Shown here in pieces: positions 50,364 through 61,212 of a stretch of 64,000 bases of DNA. The stretch spans positions 448,001 to 512,000 of the forward strand of contig CAVVUN010000015.1 of the NCBI GenBank assembly GCA_963751455.1. The letters run 5' to 3'. Every line of letters starts with the position of its first letter. Positions within the stretch are counted from its first letter, which is position 1. A program made the translations under genes and the position numbers. A model generated the notes under the pieces. That model did no database searches and was not told the origin of the DNA. It saw nothing but the letters and a program-made list of their open reading frames with translations. Source of the stretch: Nitrospirota bacterium (GTDB lineage Bacteria; Nitrospirota; UBA9217).

Positions 50364-52403
50364 ATGAAAAAACCAGAAGGCCATTTCATAACGAAAAATA
50401 TGCCGGCGATAGTAATGCTGGCAGCGGGGTTACTATTTTCTATTTTTACGTTCGTCCTTATGCAAAGAATGGAGTTTAAAAGTCTTCGGCAGGAATTTAT
50501 TATTAATACTGAAAATTACGCCGTGGCTTTAAAGAAAAGCATCGATGGAAATATTAATGCGCTTCACGCGATCGAAGGTCTTTATGCCTCCTCTCGCACA
50601 GTGTCAAGAGCCGAGTTCCGGAGCTTTGTCGGCAGCATACTGTCTCACAGCGACGGCATACACTCGCTCCGATGGGTACCGCGCGTTGCAGCCTGGGAAA
50701 GATCCAAATATGAAACTGCCGCAGTCAGGGACGGCCTCGCTGATTATCACTTTGCCGAGTTGAATTCACAAAAAAAGATGACGCCTGCCGCGAAGCGAAA
50801 TGAATACTTTCCCATCTATTTTGCAGAGCCATTCAGCGTGAGCGAGTTGGTGCTGGGCCTGGACTTGTCCGCAAGTCCCAAACGCAGATCTTCTCTGGAA
50901 AAGGCACGAGATACAGGCGCAGCAATAGCAACATCCAGGATCACCTTGCTTCAGGAGAGCGGCCAACAATTCTCCTTCGTGGTCTTGCACCCGATATATC
51001 GCTACGGTTTCCAGCATAATATGGTCCAAGAACGCAGAAAACATCTGCTTGGGTATGCCGTGGGTGTTTTCCGCTTCGGCGATATGGTAGATGCTGCCCT
51101 TCGCGGGATAAAGCTGAGGGGCGTTGAAATATCTCTGAGCGATGATTCCGCACCGCCGGAAAAAAGGCAGCTCTACTCAAACGTACAACAGAATAATCTC
51201 GAGAGCGACGTTCTTAATTTCACAAAAACACTGAACGTTGCTGACCGTAAATGGACGGTAAAGTTCCACTCGACGCCGGAATACCTCTCAACGCATAAGA
51301 CGCCTTATGCATGGGTGATTCTTGCAGCGGGACTTATATTGAGCTTTCTGCTGTCCTTGTACGTGTTTAAAATGAAACGCCACACGCTTGAAACGGAGCG
51401 ATCAAAGGATACGATAGCCACGGTGCTGAACAGTATCGACGCCGCCATTGCGATCATAGACTCAAAGGACATGCGCATTTTGGCGGTGAATAATGCTTTT
51501 ATTCGAAAATCCGAGGTCCGTGAACGGCAAATCACCGGCAAACGCTGTGATGAGATCATCTCTCCCGGGCATCTTCCGTGCGACCGGTTTTGCGAAGAAT
51601 GTCCCGTGACGGTAACGATCAGAACCGGGCAGCATTGCGCGCGCGAGATTATCCATGGCGCCGACGGCAGCAAGAGACACATTGAAGTGAATGCATACCC
51701 GGTAAGGGATGAAACAGGGAGCGCTGTACAGGTAGTCCACGTTGCGCAGGATGTTACCGAGCGAAAGCTGGCCGAGAACGTCCGGCTCGAGGAGCAGCAG
51801 GTGCGGCGAATGTCTGCAGAGCGGCAAGCGGTCCAAACTCAGCTGCGGATGCTCCAGGCCCAGATAGAGCCGCATTTCTTGTTTAATACGCTCGCCAATA
51901 TCATAAGTCTTATCGACAAGGAGCCGAAATCCGCGAAGGAAATGCTGCAGCTTATTACAAAGTCGCTCCGCCTTTCACTCCAGCGTTCAAGGGAGGACGT
52001 CTCTACGATCGGCCAGGAGGCTGAAATGCTCAGAGACTACCTCAGCATCTTCAAAATGCGGCTGGGACCGAGATTGGAGTTTATCATAGAGATCCCGAAT
52101 GAACTGCTCGAACTTCCGTTTCCGCCGATGCTCTTGCAGCCGCTTGTGGAAAACGCAATCAAGCACGGCATTGAGCCCAAGGTCGAGGGCGGCCGCATAA
52201 CAATCAGGGCGGGAAAGTCCGAGGGACTGCTGCGGCTATCGGTTTCCGATACAGGCCTCGGTTTTTCGGAAGTGACGGCTAACGGACTTGGACTCGAAAA
52301 TGTGAAAGCCCGTCTTCAGGCGCTTTATAAGAATGGCGCCGGTTTGATACTCGAGGAAAACATCCCGTGCGGCGCTACCGCGACTATTGAGGTCCCTTTA
52401 TGA
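50364..52403 (+). CDS. CHASE-PAS LytS-type histidine kinase
   Basis: CHASE domain between TMs; LQAQIEPHFLFNTL; LQPLVENAIKHG. Confidence 0.92.
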   Translation: MKKPEGHFITKNMPAIVMLAAGLLFSIFTFVLMQRMEFKSLRQEFIINTENYAVALKKSIDGNINALHAIEGLYASSRTVSRAEFRSFVGSILSHSDGIHSLRWVPRVAAWERSKYETAAVRDGLADYHFAELNSQKKMTPAAKRNEYFPIYFAEPFSVSELVLGLDLSASPKRRSSLEKARDTGAAIATSRITLLQESGQQFSFVVLHPIYRYGFQHNMVQERRKHLLGYAVGVFRFGDMVDAALRGIKLRGVEISLSDDSAPPEKRQLYSNVQQNNLESDVLNFTKTLNVADRKWTVKFHSTPEYLSTHKTPYAWVILAAGLILSFLLSLYVFKMKRHTLETERSKDTIATVLNSIDAAIAIIDSKDMRILAVNNAFIRKSEVRERQITGKRCDEIISPGHLPCDRFCEECPVTVTIRTGQHCAREIIHGADGSKRHIEVNAYPVRDETGSAVQVVHVAQDVTERKLAENVRLEEQQVRRMSAERQAVQTQLRMLQAQIEPHFLFNTLANIISLIDKEPKSAKEMLQLITKSLRLSLQRSREDVSTIGQEAEMLRDYLSIFKMRLGPRLEFIIEIPNELLELPFPPMLLQPLVENAIKHGIEPKVEGGRITIRAGKSEGLLRLSVSDTGLGFSEVTANGLGLENVKARLQALYKNGAGLILEENIPCGATATIEVPL

Positions 52404-53155
52404 GCATTCGTGCGCTTATTGCGGATGATGAACCGCATCTTACGGAGTATCTTGCCGGACGACTCGCAGAATTGTGGCCCGAGCTGGAGATTTGCGGGAT
52501 TGCCGCGAACGGCAATGATGCTCTCGCGATGATTAATACTGAGAAGCCTGATCTGGTGTTTCTCGACATCAAGATGCCCGGCATGTCGGGACTGGAAGTG
52601 GCCAGAAAAATGACTCATCCGAGCATGCTGGTCTTTGTAACCGCGTACCACAAATATGCCGTGAACGCGTTTGAAGAAGAGGCCGTGGATTACCTGCTCA
52701 AACCAGTGAGCGACCAGCGCCTCATCAGGTCGATAGCCCGGATAAAGGAGCGTTGTCTCCATACCGGAGGAGTCCGGGACCTGAGGCCGCTTTTGTCGAA
52801 ACTTACGCAGGCGCTGGAGAAAAAGGATGCTCGCGTGCGGTACCTGCGGGCGTCATCCGGCAAGGCCATACGGCTTGTTGCAGTTGAAGACGTCCTCTTC
52901 ATACGGGCCCGGTCCAAATACACCTCTGTGATAACCAGGGACGGCGAGTTTCTTATGCGCACGCCGCTCAGTGAACTGATCAAGCAACTGGATCCTGAAC
53001 GGTTCTGGCAGATTCACCGTTCTACGATTGTGAACGTTTCGAAGGTCGTCTCAGTAAGCCAGGCCGGACGAGAAACGTATTTACTCAGCCTGAGAGATTC
53101 CCAAGAGCTTCTACCCGTAAGTCGTTCTTTTATTCATCAGTTCAAGCAGATGTGA
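52400..53155 (+). CDS. LytTR-family response regulator
   Basis: IADDE, FLDIKMP, FWQIHRSTIVN, LPVSR. Confidence 0.95.
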   Translation: MSIRALIADDEPHLTEYLAGRLAELWPELEICGIAANGNDALAMINTEKPDLVFLDIKMPGMSGLEVARKMTHPSMLVFVTAYHKYAVNAFEEEAVDYLLKPVSDQRLIRSIARIKERCLHTGGVRDLRPLLSKLTQALEKKDARVRYLRASSGKAIRLVAVEDVLFIRARSKYTSVITRDGEFLMRTPLSELIKQLDPERFWQIHRSTIVNVSKVVSVSQAGRETYLLSLRDSQELLPVSRSFIHQFKQM

Positions 53156-53488
53156 AATTATAACGTGAAGAACAGTTAGTGTCAGCTTTTTCCGTTCAAG
53201 TCCCTGCACTGCTTTTCCGCTCCCGCGTTTTGTTTGTCCCTCTATTTTGTCCCTCTATATGGACCGATCTTTTTTAGCTTTCACGGAAGCATAGTTCGTC
53301 GGGTCCTGTCGTATTTGGCTGCTTAATATCCGCGCTTCGTCTCAAAGAAGTTGCCTAAAACATTTACAATGCCTTACAATTACTCCGCAGGAAAGAAAGT
53401 GCAGGTACTTTCCCGGCATGACATGTCACCCGATGAACATTCTTTATCACCCGAAATGGCGAGAAAGTTTAACAGGCACGGAGCGCTT

Positions 53489-53923
53489 ATGGAAGGTCTG
53501 AACAAGCTTCCCGCGTCATTGCTGTGCGGGATCGGCGTTGTCCTTGTCTTAATCGTGGGTATTATTGACATTCTGACCGGTTATGGCTTTATTATAGGGC
53601 TTCTTTATTTTATTCCTATCATTTTATCCGGCTGGCATCTGGGCACAACTTCAGTTGTCCTTATGTCGCTGGTTTGCGCTTTAACCTGGTCTGCCGTCGA
53701 TATTACATCCGCAAATATATATTCTCAGAACGTTGTTCGGTTCTGGAATTTTTTAGCGGTTCTCGGCATGTTTCTTATCTCAGGCTGCTCCGTTTCCTAC
53801 ATGAAAAGCCTTATCGTGAGGCAGCGTAAACGTAGGCAATTGCCTGTAGATGAACAATCGGGTCGAGACCGCCCTGTGTCTGAAAAAGAAAAGTCAGTAA
53901 CGAACTGGCCGGACGGGCGGTGA
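53489..53923 (+). CDS. Small 4-TM protein resembling a stand-alone sensor membrane domain
   Basis: IGIIDILTG-like segment (VGIIDILTG..LLYFIPI..FWN); start uncertain. Confidence 0.6.
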   Translation: MEGLNKLPASLLCGIGVVLVLIVGIIDILTGYGFIIGLLYFIPIILSGWHLGTTSVVLMSLVCALTWSAVDITSANIYSQNVVRFWNFLAVLGMFLISGCSVSYMKSLIVRQRKRRQLPVDEQSGRDRPVSEKEKSVTNWPDGR

Positions 53924-54285
53924 AAAAAGTGGTCGAAACTCGGAGTCAAGACGGTGAAGGGCGCGCTCGCCTTACCGCGCTGTTTTTAGGCGTGGTGCTG
54001 ACAACCACAGCGCAGCCCATCGGGGGGGGCGACATCGTCTTCAGGCCGAAAGATCCGCGGATCAAACCGGTGCTGTTCAGTCATGAAAAGCACGTAGTCG
54101 GGAAAGGTATGAAGTGCTGGAATTGCCATTACCATATATTCCAGATGGTCAAGGGCTCGTATAAAATGAAAATGAGCAAGATGACGAAGGGCGCTTTCTG
54201 CGGCAAATGTCATAACGGACAAAAGGCATTCGATGTAAAACAAACAAGAAATTGCGCCAGATGTCACAATGGTAACGGAAAATAA
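53920..54285 (+). CDS. c7-type trihaem cytochrome
   Basis: VLFSHEKH, CWNCH, CGKCH, CARCH. Confidence 0.88.
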   Translation: MKKVVETRSQDGEGRARLTALFLGVVLTTTAQPIGGGDIVFRPKDPRIKPVLFSHEKHVVGKGMKCWNCHYHIFQMVKGSYKMKMSKMTKGAFCGKCHNGQKAFDVKQTRNCARCHNGNGK

Positions 54286-54307
54286 GCACGTTTCGAGCAA
54301 GCCCCAA

Positions 54308-54502
54308 CTAGTGTAGAGTCTCTTAAATAGATGGTGTTATAAGATGGAGCGACAAATCGTCCTTATCTCGTCATTCCGGCTTGTCCGGAATCTTTCCACC
54401 CATTCAGAAGGATTCCCGACGCGCTTCGCTTGCGGGAATGACCGTCTTGGGAAAGTGACTATGGCCGCAATAACACCATTCGTTTGTGAGACACTACACT
54501 AG
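54308..54502. mobile_element. MITE-like element bounded by CTAG
   Basis: 33-bp terminal inverted repeats (27/33 identical, including CTAG); internal GTCATTCC...GGAATGAC palindrome. Confidence 0.8.
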
Positions 54503-54786
54503 CCTTTACGGAAACGAGAGCGCTGATCTCGTTTATCCTCCCAGAATACCAACTATCCACTAATCACATCCTCGTCGCCTCGGTTCCCTTCGCACTCAGT
54601 ACTTAGTATTCAATACGTGAACTTACACACCCACAATACGCCGCGACTACTCAACTGCAGACGCTGATTGTTGTAGGCATAACGGTAAATATCAAGGTGA
54701 TACAATTAAGTTAGAATGGTTGCTTGTGGTTTAGTGTCAGTATTGCCAGCCAATGTTCGGATTTTTGGAAAAGGGCAATTCATTAA

Positions 54787-56589
54787 TTGAAAAACCAGCA
54801 GATCGCAAAAATATTCAACGAAATGGCCCAACTCCTTGAACTGAAGGGCGAGAGCATCTTCCGGATACGGGCATACCGGAGGGCGGCGCAGAACATCGAC
54901 GGCCATTCAAGGGACATGGCAGCTCTTTCGGAAAAAGAGCTTATGCTGATACCGGGCATCGGCAAGGATCTCGCGCTGAAGATCAGGGAGTACTGTGCAA
55001 CCGGCAGGATCGCCAAGCACGAGGAAATGATGAAAGAGATGCCAGCGGGCGTCCTGGATATGTCACGCATCCCGGGTGTCGGGCCGAAGACAGCGATGAT
55101 GCTGTACGAACAGGCAAAGGTCAGGAGCATTGATGAGCTCGAGAGTCTCGCACGGGCCGGCAAACTCGCCGGACTGCGGGGAATCCAGAAGAAAACGGAA
55201 GAAAACATTATTAAGGGGATCGAGCAGATCGCGGGCAGCACCGGAACAGGCAGGCATCTCATTAGCCGGGTCTTGCCGCTCGCGGACGACATTGTCGCCC
55301 GGCTGAAGGCAGAGGCGCCCATAGACCGGATCGAGGTGGCCGGGAGCCTGAGGAGATGGAAGGAGACCGTGAGGGATGTGGATATCCTCACCACGTCGAA
55401 GGACCCCGAAAAAGTAATGGACGTCTTTGTCAATCTCCCGCATGTCATCAGGGTTCTCGCAAGAGGAACCACAAAATCCTCGGTGATCACGGACAACGGA
55501 ATCCATGCAGACCTTCGTGTAGTTGAAGAAGATTCGTTCGGGGCGGCGCTCCAGTATTTTACCGGGAGCAAGCAGCACAATATCAGGCTGCGCGAAATGG
55601 GTGTGCGGGCCGGGCTCAAAATCAACGAATACGGCGTATTCGAAGAGCCGGGAGACAAGAAGATCGGCGGGCAAAAAGAGGAAGATGTATACAAAGCATT
55701 GAAGCTTCCTTATATCCCGCCGGAGCTGCGGGAAGACAGCGGAGAGATCGATGCCGCGGTTGCGGGAACGCTCCCTGATCTTATTACCCTGGAGGACATC
55801 AAAGGTGACCTGCACGTTCATACAAAATGGTCGGACGTCCGGTATGATCTAGATACCATCGCAGAAGGCGGCAGGAAAAAAGCGTACCAGTATATAGCGA
55901 TCACCGACCATTCCAAAGGTCTCGGCGTTGCGCATGGGCTGGATGAAGCGAGATTTGCGGAGCAGGGCAAGCTGATCGATGATGCGAACAGGAACACCTC
56001 TGGGTTCAAAATCCTGAAAGGCGCGGAGGTTGATATCCGGGCCGATGGCAGACTGGACCTTGACGATGCTTGTCTTGCGGGACTTGATATTGTCGTTGCT
56101 TCTATCCATTCCGGATTCAAGCAATCCGAGGAGCAGATAACGAAACGTATGCTCTCTGCTATCAGAAATCCTTACGTCAGCGTTATTGCCCATCCGACAG
56201 GAAGGCTTATCGGCGAACGAGATGCATATCCCGTGGACATGGATAAAATTCTGCGAGAGGCCGCCGCGTATGGCGTTGCCATGGAGGTGAATGCATATCC
56301 GCTTCGGCTGGATCTGAGCGAGGGTTATCTGCGAATGGCGAAAGAATACGGCGTTCAGATCATGATCAACACTGACACGCATATAACCCGTCACTACGAC
56401 TACATGACGTATGGAGTGTCCATTGCGCGCCGCGGCTGGGTCGAGAAGAAGGACGTGCTGAACGTATTGCCGTATGAAGCGCTGATGGAGCGGCTGAAGG
56501 CTATCAGGGAAAATAAGCTGAAAAAGCAGGTTAAGACCATTGATGTGCAGCAGAGGATTCAGAGAACACAGAGAAGAAGAAAATTATGA
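54787..56589 (+). CDS. polX: DNA polymerase/3'-5' exonuclease PolX (PHP domain)
   Basis: AGSLRRWKETVRDVD, YFTGSKQHN, DLHVHT, TDHS, AHPTGR, NTDTH. Confidence 0.95.
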   Translation: MKNQQIAKIFNEMAQLLELKGESIFRIRAYRRAAQNIDGHSRDMAALSEKELMLIPGIGKDLALKIREYCATGRIAKHEEMMKEMPAGVLDMSRIPGVGPKTAMMLYEQAKVRSIDELESLARAGKLAGLRGIQKKTEENIIKGIEQIAGSTGTGRHLISRVLPLADDIVARLKAEAPIDRIEVAGSLRRWKETVRDVDILTTSKDPEKVMDVFVNLPHVIRVLARGTTKSSVITDNGIHADLRVVEEDSFGAALQYFTGSKQHNIRLREMGVRAGLKINEYGVFEEPGDKKIGGQKEEDVYKALKLPYIPPELREDSGEIDAAVAGTLPDLITLEDIKGDLHVHTKWSDVRYDLDTIAEGGRKKAYQYIAITDHSKGLGVAHGLDEARFAEQGKLIDDANRNTSGFKILKGAEVDIRADGRLDLDDACLAGLDIVVASIHSGFKQSEEQITKRMLSAIRNPYVSVIAHPTGRLIGERDAYPVDMDKILREAAAYGVAMEVNAYPLRLDLSEGYLRMAKEYGVQIMINTDTHITRHYDYMTYGVSIARRGWVEKKDVLNVLPYEALMERLKAIRENKLKKQVKTIDVQQRIQRTQRRRKL

Positions 56590-56690
56590 TCCAAAGCTTT
56601 CAGCGGTCTGCAATCAGCAGCGAAAGCCTATAGCTGAAAGCTTACGGCTGAGGTCGCATTCATGAAATAAAAAACCCTTGGGTAGCCAAA

Positions 56691-56724
56691 AAGGCCGGGA
56701 TTTCATGTCCCGGCCTTTGTTTGC
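56691..56724 (+). terminator. Intrinsic terminator after polX
   Basis: AGGCCGGGA-TTTCATG-TCCCGGCCT plus T-rich tail. Confidence 0.75.
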
Positions 56725-56831
56725 TTTATCAGAAAAGTATGGGAGCATCAGCATATCGGGGATGAAATAGGTACCCGCACTATGCGTTTTTTACTTGCAT
56801 ATAGTGCTACTATATGCTAAAGTGCTGGCGT

Positions 56832-57968
56832 ATGGTTAAACGACAATTCTGGTTAAAAAAAATCGAACAGGCATGGAAAGAGCGTCCTGTTGTCTGGCTG
56901 TCCGGCGTGCGGCGAGCGGGTAAAACCGTGCTGTGCCAAAGCATCGCGGGCGTTGAGTATTTCGACTGTGAGATGCCGAGGGTCCGGCGGATGATGGAAG
57001 ATCCTGAGTCGTTTCTGGATGACCTGAAAGGCAAAACGATCGTGCTGGACGAAATTCATCGCCTGGGAAATCCTTCAGAACTTCTCAAAATTGCGGCCGA
57101 CCACTATCCGGACATCAAGGTCCTCGCCACTGGTTCCTCCACTCTTGGCGCGTCATCTAAATTCCGGGACACGCTCGCCGGCCGCAAGACGGAGCTTTGG
57201 CTCACCCCCATGTGTCTTGTCGACCTGGAAGATTTCAAGCGGACAGACATGCGTCATCGTTTGCTGCGAGGCGGTCTGCCGCCGTTTTTTTTGGACGGAG
57301 CTCTGCCGGAGAAAGAGTTCCAGGAATGGATGGACGCCTACTGGGCCAAAGACATCCAGGAGCTTTTCAGGCTGGAACGGCGCCATTCATTCCTCAAATT
57401 CACCGAGCTTTTAATGGCGCAAAGCGGCGGGATTTTCGAAGCGAACAAATTTGCCCGGCCGTGCGAGGTGAGCCGGAGTACGATTTCGAATTATCTGTCG
57501 GTCCTGGAGACGACGTATGTTGCTCACGTTATCCGGCCGTTCAGTACGCACCGTCCCACGGAGATAGTGTCGGCCCCGAAGGTATATGCGTTTGACACAG
57601 GCTTCTATTGCTATTATCGAGGCTGGCATGAGCTGCGACAGGATGACTATGGACCTCTGTGGGAGCAGGTCGTGCTGAATGAGCTGCACGCGCACCTGCA
57701 GTCGCGCAGGATTTCCTATTGGCGCGACAAGCGGGGACATGAAGTTGATTTCGTGCTTGCCGAGAGGCGGCGGGAGCCGGTGGCAATCGAATGCAAATGG
57801 ACGGCCTCGGAATTTGACAGTACCGGCCTGGCCGCGTTCAGGCGGCAATATCCGAAAGGCGAAAATTTCATCGTTGCCCGCGATGTTTCAAAACCCTATG
57901 CGCGCGCATATGGTGAATTGAAAATCCGATTCGTCAACGCAAGGGATTTAATAAAGGAAATTTTGTAA
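56832..57968 (+). CDS. AAA+ ATPase with DUF4143 domain
   Basis: GVRRAGKT, VLDEIH, ATGSS, LAGR, PKVYAFDTG, EVDFV..IECK. Confidence 0.9.
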   Translation: MVKRQFWLKKIEQAWKERPVVWLSGVRRAGKTVLCQSIAGVEYFDCEMPRVRRMMEDPESFLDDLKGKTIVLDEIHRLGNPSELLKIAADHYPDIKVLATGSSTLGASSKFRDTLAGRKTELWLTPMCLVDLEDFKRTDMRHRLLRGGLPPFFLDGALPEKEFQEWMDAYWAKDIQELFRLERRHSFLKFTELLMAQSGGIFEANKFARPCEVSRSTISNYLSVLETTYVAHVIRPFSTHRPTEIVSAPKVYAFDTGFYCYYRGWHELRQDDYGPLWEQVVLNELHAHLQSRRISYWRDKRGHEVDFVLAERRREPVAIECKWTASEFDSTGLAAFRRQYPKGENFIVARDVSKPYARAYGELKIRFVNARDLIKEIL

Positions 57969-58059
57969 GTACCAGATACCCTTCGCACGCCGCTCATAAT
58001 GGTGAGCGAAGTCGAACCATCCGAATCCGCAATAGGATACCGTCCTCTGGACAGACGCG

Positions 58060-58598
58060 CATACCAACACCATATGAGCAGCAGCTTGACTTCCTTGTAC
58101 CGTTACTCTGTGTGCCGGAGAACGGCATGCTGTTCGAGTTTGAAAGCACATTCTTGCTAGAGCAACCTTGGCAACTTAGCGCGAAGGATGCCAGCCTATC
58201 AGAAAACTACAACCCCTCGGTTCGGCCTGCGGGAATGTCCGGCGTCGTGGATATCGGATCAAAAGGCGAGGTGCAGACCGAGGTTCTCCGGGAAACGCCC
58301 GATAACGACTTCGTCTTTACCTTACATCAGCAAATATTGGATTCGCAATCTTGTGCGAAAATCAACATCATTCCGGCTGCAGACCTCGAAGGACTGGTTC
58401 TATCCAGACTTCCTCTGCCATCTTGAAGATGGGCGTGTGTTTGCGGTTGAATATAAGGGTGAACACCTTTGGACGGACGCCGAAGAGAAACGCGCAATCG
58501 GCGCGGTGTGGGCGTCGCGCAGCAAAGGTCGCTGCTTATTCGAAATGCCGACTGCGGGTGATTTCACAGCCATAAAGCAGGCCGTGAAAGCTCAGTAA
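58060..58598 (+). pseudogene. Fragment of a type III restriction (Res-like) subunit
   Basis: YWIRNLVRK..SFRLQTSKDWFYPDF..VEYKG nuclease end; no helicase N-terminus; frame break. Confidence 0.7.
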
Positions 58599-59001
58599 AA
58601 TTGAAACGCGCTAGATCAGTTTATTTATGTAGTCGCTGATTAACAGATGTTTTTGGTTGCGGCTATTGCCAGTGACGCTTAATGACTGTGAAATGGAAAG
58701 GGCCACATAAAAGTGGCCGTTTGTTGTTTTATACATGGTCTGCTGTTTGACGAGAAGATTAATTAAATTTGATTTTCAGTGGACGGTTCTTTAGTAAGTT
58801 CGGCATATTTGATTCAATAAATCTTCCAGTAGAAGCATTTTTCCCCACTGGTTGAGACGTCGTCTTTTTTGATCCTTTTGCCTTTTGTACCGCCGTCTTT
58901 TTCATCGCAGCCCCCTTAAAATTATTGATTATATAATCTGAAATAAGCCGAGCTTTTTATTCCTTTAGCAGATATAAGATCACAATTTTTCTTGACCAAT
59001 A

Positions 59002-59646
59002 CTATCCTTTCCTGACCTCACAGCGCCTGAAATTCTTTTCAATCTCCTGCTTCAGGCCGTTGAAATCTCCCTTTCCTTTTGTCCTGATCACAACTCTGCG
59101 GTAGCCTTCCTTCATTTCTTCATAGGATGTAAGAATGCCCTGAAGACGGAAGTTATGATTGCGCACGATATCTGCCACTTCGCGGATTGATCCGGGGCGG
59201 TCTTCGATTGTTACGCATATTCTGTTGCCGCCGTGCCGCACGCCTGTAATATCGACGAGTGCCCGAAAAATGTCCCTTTCTGAGATGATTCCCAGGAGGC
59301 GCCCCTGGTCTATTACAGGCAAGCAGCCGATCTCCTGGTCGAGCATGATCATTGCGGCTTCTTCAACAGGCGTGTCCGGGCTTGTCGTCACGACCTTCGT
59401 CTTCATGACGTCCTGTACTCTTGTTTTTGCCAGAAGGTAGTGAAGCTCGTAGATGTCAAGTGTGGTTGCCTTTGAGGGACTGTACTCCTTGATGTCCCTG
59501 TCCGACAGGATGCCTTTCAGTTTACCGTTTTTGAGGATCGGCAGATGCCTGACGCGGCGTTCCTTCATGATCGAGATGGCGTCGGAGAGATATTCGTCGG
59601 TCGTGATCGTATAGACCTTTTTGGTCATCCAGTTGGAGACAAACAT
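59002..59646 (-). CDS. CBS + ACT domain protein (AcuB-like)
   Basis: MFVSNWMTK, RHLPI, IGCLPV, EDRPGSI. Confidence 0.88.
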   Translation of the reverse strand: MFVSNWMTKKVYTITTDEYLSDAISIMKERRVRHLPILKNGKLKGILSDRDIKEYSPSKATTLDIYELHYLLAKTRVQDVMKTKVVTTSPDTPVEEAAMIMLDQEIGCLPVIDQGRLLGIISERDIFRALVDITGVRHGGNRICVTIEDRPGSIREVADIVRNHNFRLQGILTSYEEMKEGYRRVVIRTKGKGDFNGLKQEIEKNFRRCEVRKG

Positions 59647-59792
59647 GGGCCACCCCCGTTTTGTTGAAAAGATACAGGATGCAAGATGCTGGAAAGGAGA
59701 TGATGCAGGATCCATGATACATGATAAAATCGTTAACTCAGGAACCGATGGCTCTCATTCTGCATCCTGTCCATGCATCGTGCATCGTGATT

Positions 59793-60497
59793 CTACAGCC
59801 CAAGATACGCTGTTTTTACATGTTCGTTCGCCTGCAAATCTTTGCCGGTGCCCTGCAAAACAATTTTTCCGTTTTCCATCACATATGCCCGCTCGGCAAT
59901 GTCGAGCGTCTGCTTGACATTCTGCTCGACGATGAGCACGGTTGCGCCTTCACTCCGGATCTTCCTGATTACTGAAAATATCTCCCGGACGAGGATCGGG
60001 GCCAGGCCGAGAGACGGTTCGTCGAACATGAGCAGTTTCGGAAGGGCCATGAGTCCCCTGCCGATCGCCACCATCTGCTGTTCGCCGCCGGAAAGCGTGC
60101 CTGCGGGCTGGCGTCTGCGTTCCTTGAGTCTCGGGAAAAGCTCATAAACCATTTCCCGGGTCCGCTCGCGTTGTTTTCTCGCTTCGCCTTTGAGCGACCC
60201 CATGTCCAGGTTTTCCTCGACCGTCATTTCGACAAAAAGTCTGCGAGCCTCAGGACAATGGACAAGCCCCCGTTCGACCAGGGTAAACGGTTCCACAGTA
60301 TGAATCGGCTCGCCGATAAAAGTGATTGATCCCGCGCGCGCGCGCAGAAGGCGTGATATGGTCTTGAGCGTGGTTGATTTGCCTGCGCCGTTTGCGCCGA
60401 TGAGGGCCACGACCTCACCCTGCTTGACCTCAAAGGAGACGTCCCAGAGCACTTGAACGTCGCCGTAAAATACATCTATGTTCCTGGCTTCAAGCAC
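59793..60497 (-). CDS. livF: Branched-chain amino acid ABC ATPase LivF
   Basis: GANGAGKST, LSGGEQQM, DEPSLGLAP. Confidence 0.93.
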   Translation of the reverse strand: MLEARNIDVFYGDVQVLWDVSFEVKQGEVVALIGANGAGKSTTLKTISRLLRARAGSITFIGEPIHTVEPFTLVERGLVHCPEARRLFVEMTVEENLDMGSLKGEARKQRERTREMVYELFPRLKERRRQPAGTLSGGEQQMVAIGRGLMALPKLLMFDEPSLGLAPILVREIFSVIRKIRSEGATVLIVEQNVKQTLDIAERAYVMENGKIVLQGTGKDLQANEHVKTAYLGL

Positions 60498-61212
60498 TCT
60501 GTGCCTCTCCCAGATATGCTTCGATTACGACCGGACTGTTCCTGATATCGAGGGGCGTCCCCTCCGCAATCTTCTCGCCGTAATTCAGAACAACGATCCG
60601 GTCTGACAGCGCCATAATCACCTTCATATGATGCTCGATGATCATGATGGTAATGCCCTTTTCCCTGATTTTTCGTACGATATCCATCAGCAGGTCCAGC
60701 TCCGAGGGATTCAGACCGGCAAAAGATTCGTCCAGAAGCACAAGTTCGGGCTGTGTGGCGAGCGCGCGTGCGATCTCCAGCCGTTTTCTTTTCCCGAGAG
60801 GAAGCCCCTTCGATATCGTGTCCCGGTCGTCATACAGGCCGGCGAAGGAAAGTATTTCTCCCGCCATCTCCTCGGCCTGTTTTTTGTGCCGTATGTGCAG
60901 AAAAGCCGATGCAACGACATTGTCCAATACGCTCATGCGCTGGAGCGGTTTCACGACCTGGAACGTGCGGGCTATCCCTGCCCGGCAGATCTTATGGGGT
61001 TTGAGACCGGAAATACGTTTCTCATGAAAAAAGACATCGCCCCGCGAAGGATTGTAGAAGCCGTTTATCACATTGAACATTGTAGTCTTACCGGCGCCGT
61101 TCGGGCCGATAAGCCCGAGAATCTCGCCCTTGGACATGCTGAACGAGACGTCCTTCACAGCGGCGATCCCCCCGAAAAACATAGATATCTTTTTGACCTC
61201 GAGAAAACTCAT
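60490..61212 (-). CDS. livG: Branched-chain amino acid ABC ATPase LivG
   Basis: [26 protein letters not shown]. Confidence 0.93.
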   Translation of the reverse strand: MSFLEVKKISMFFGGIAAVKDVSFSMSKGEILGLIGPNGAGKTTMFNVINGFYNPSRGDVFFHEKRISGLKPHKICRAGIARTFQVVKPLQRMSVLDNVVASAFLHIRHKKQAEEMAGEILSFAGLYDDRDTISKGLPLGKRKRLEIARALATQPELVLLDESFAGLNPSELDLLMDIVRKIREKGITIMIIEHHMKVIMALSDRIVVLNYGEKIAEGTPLDIRNSPVVIEAYLGEAQSA

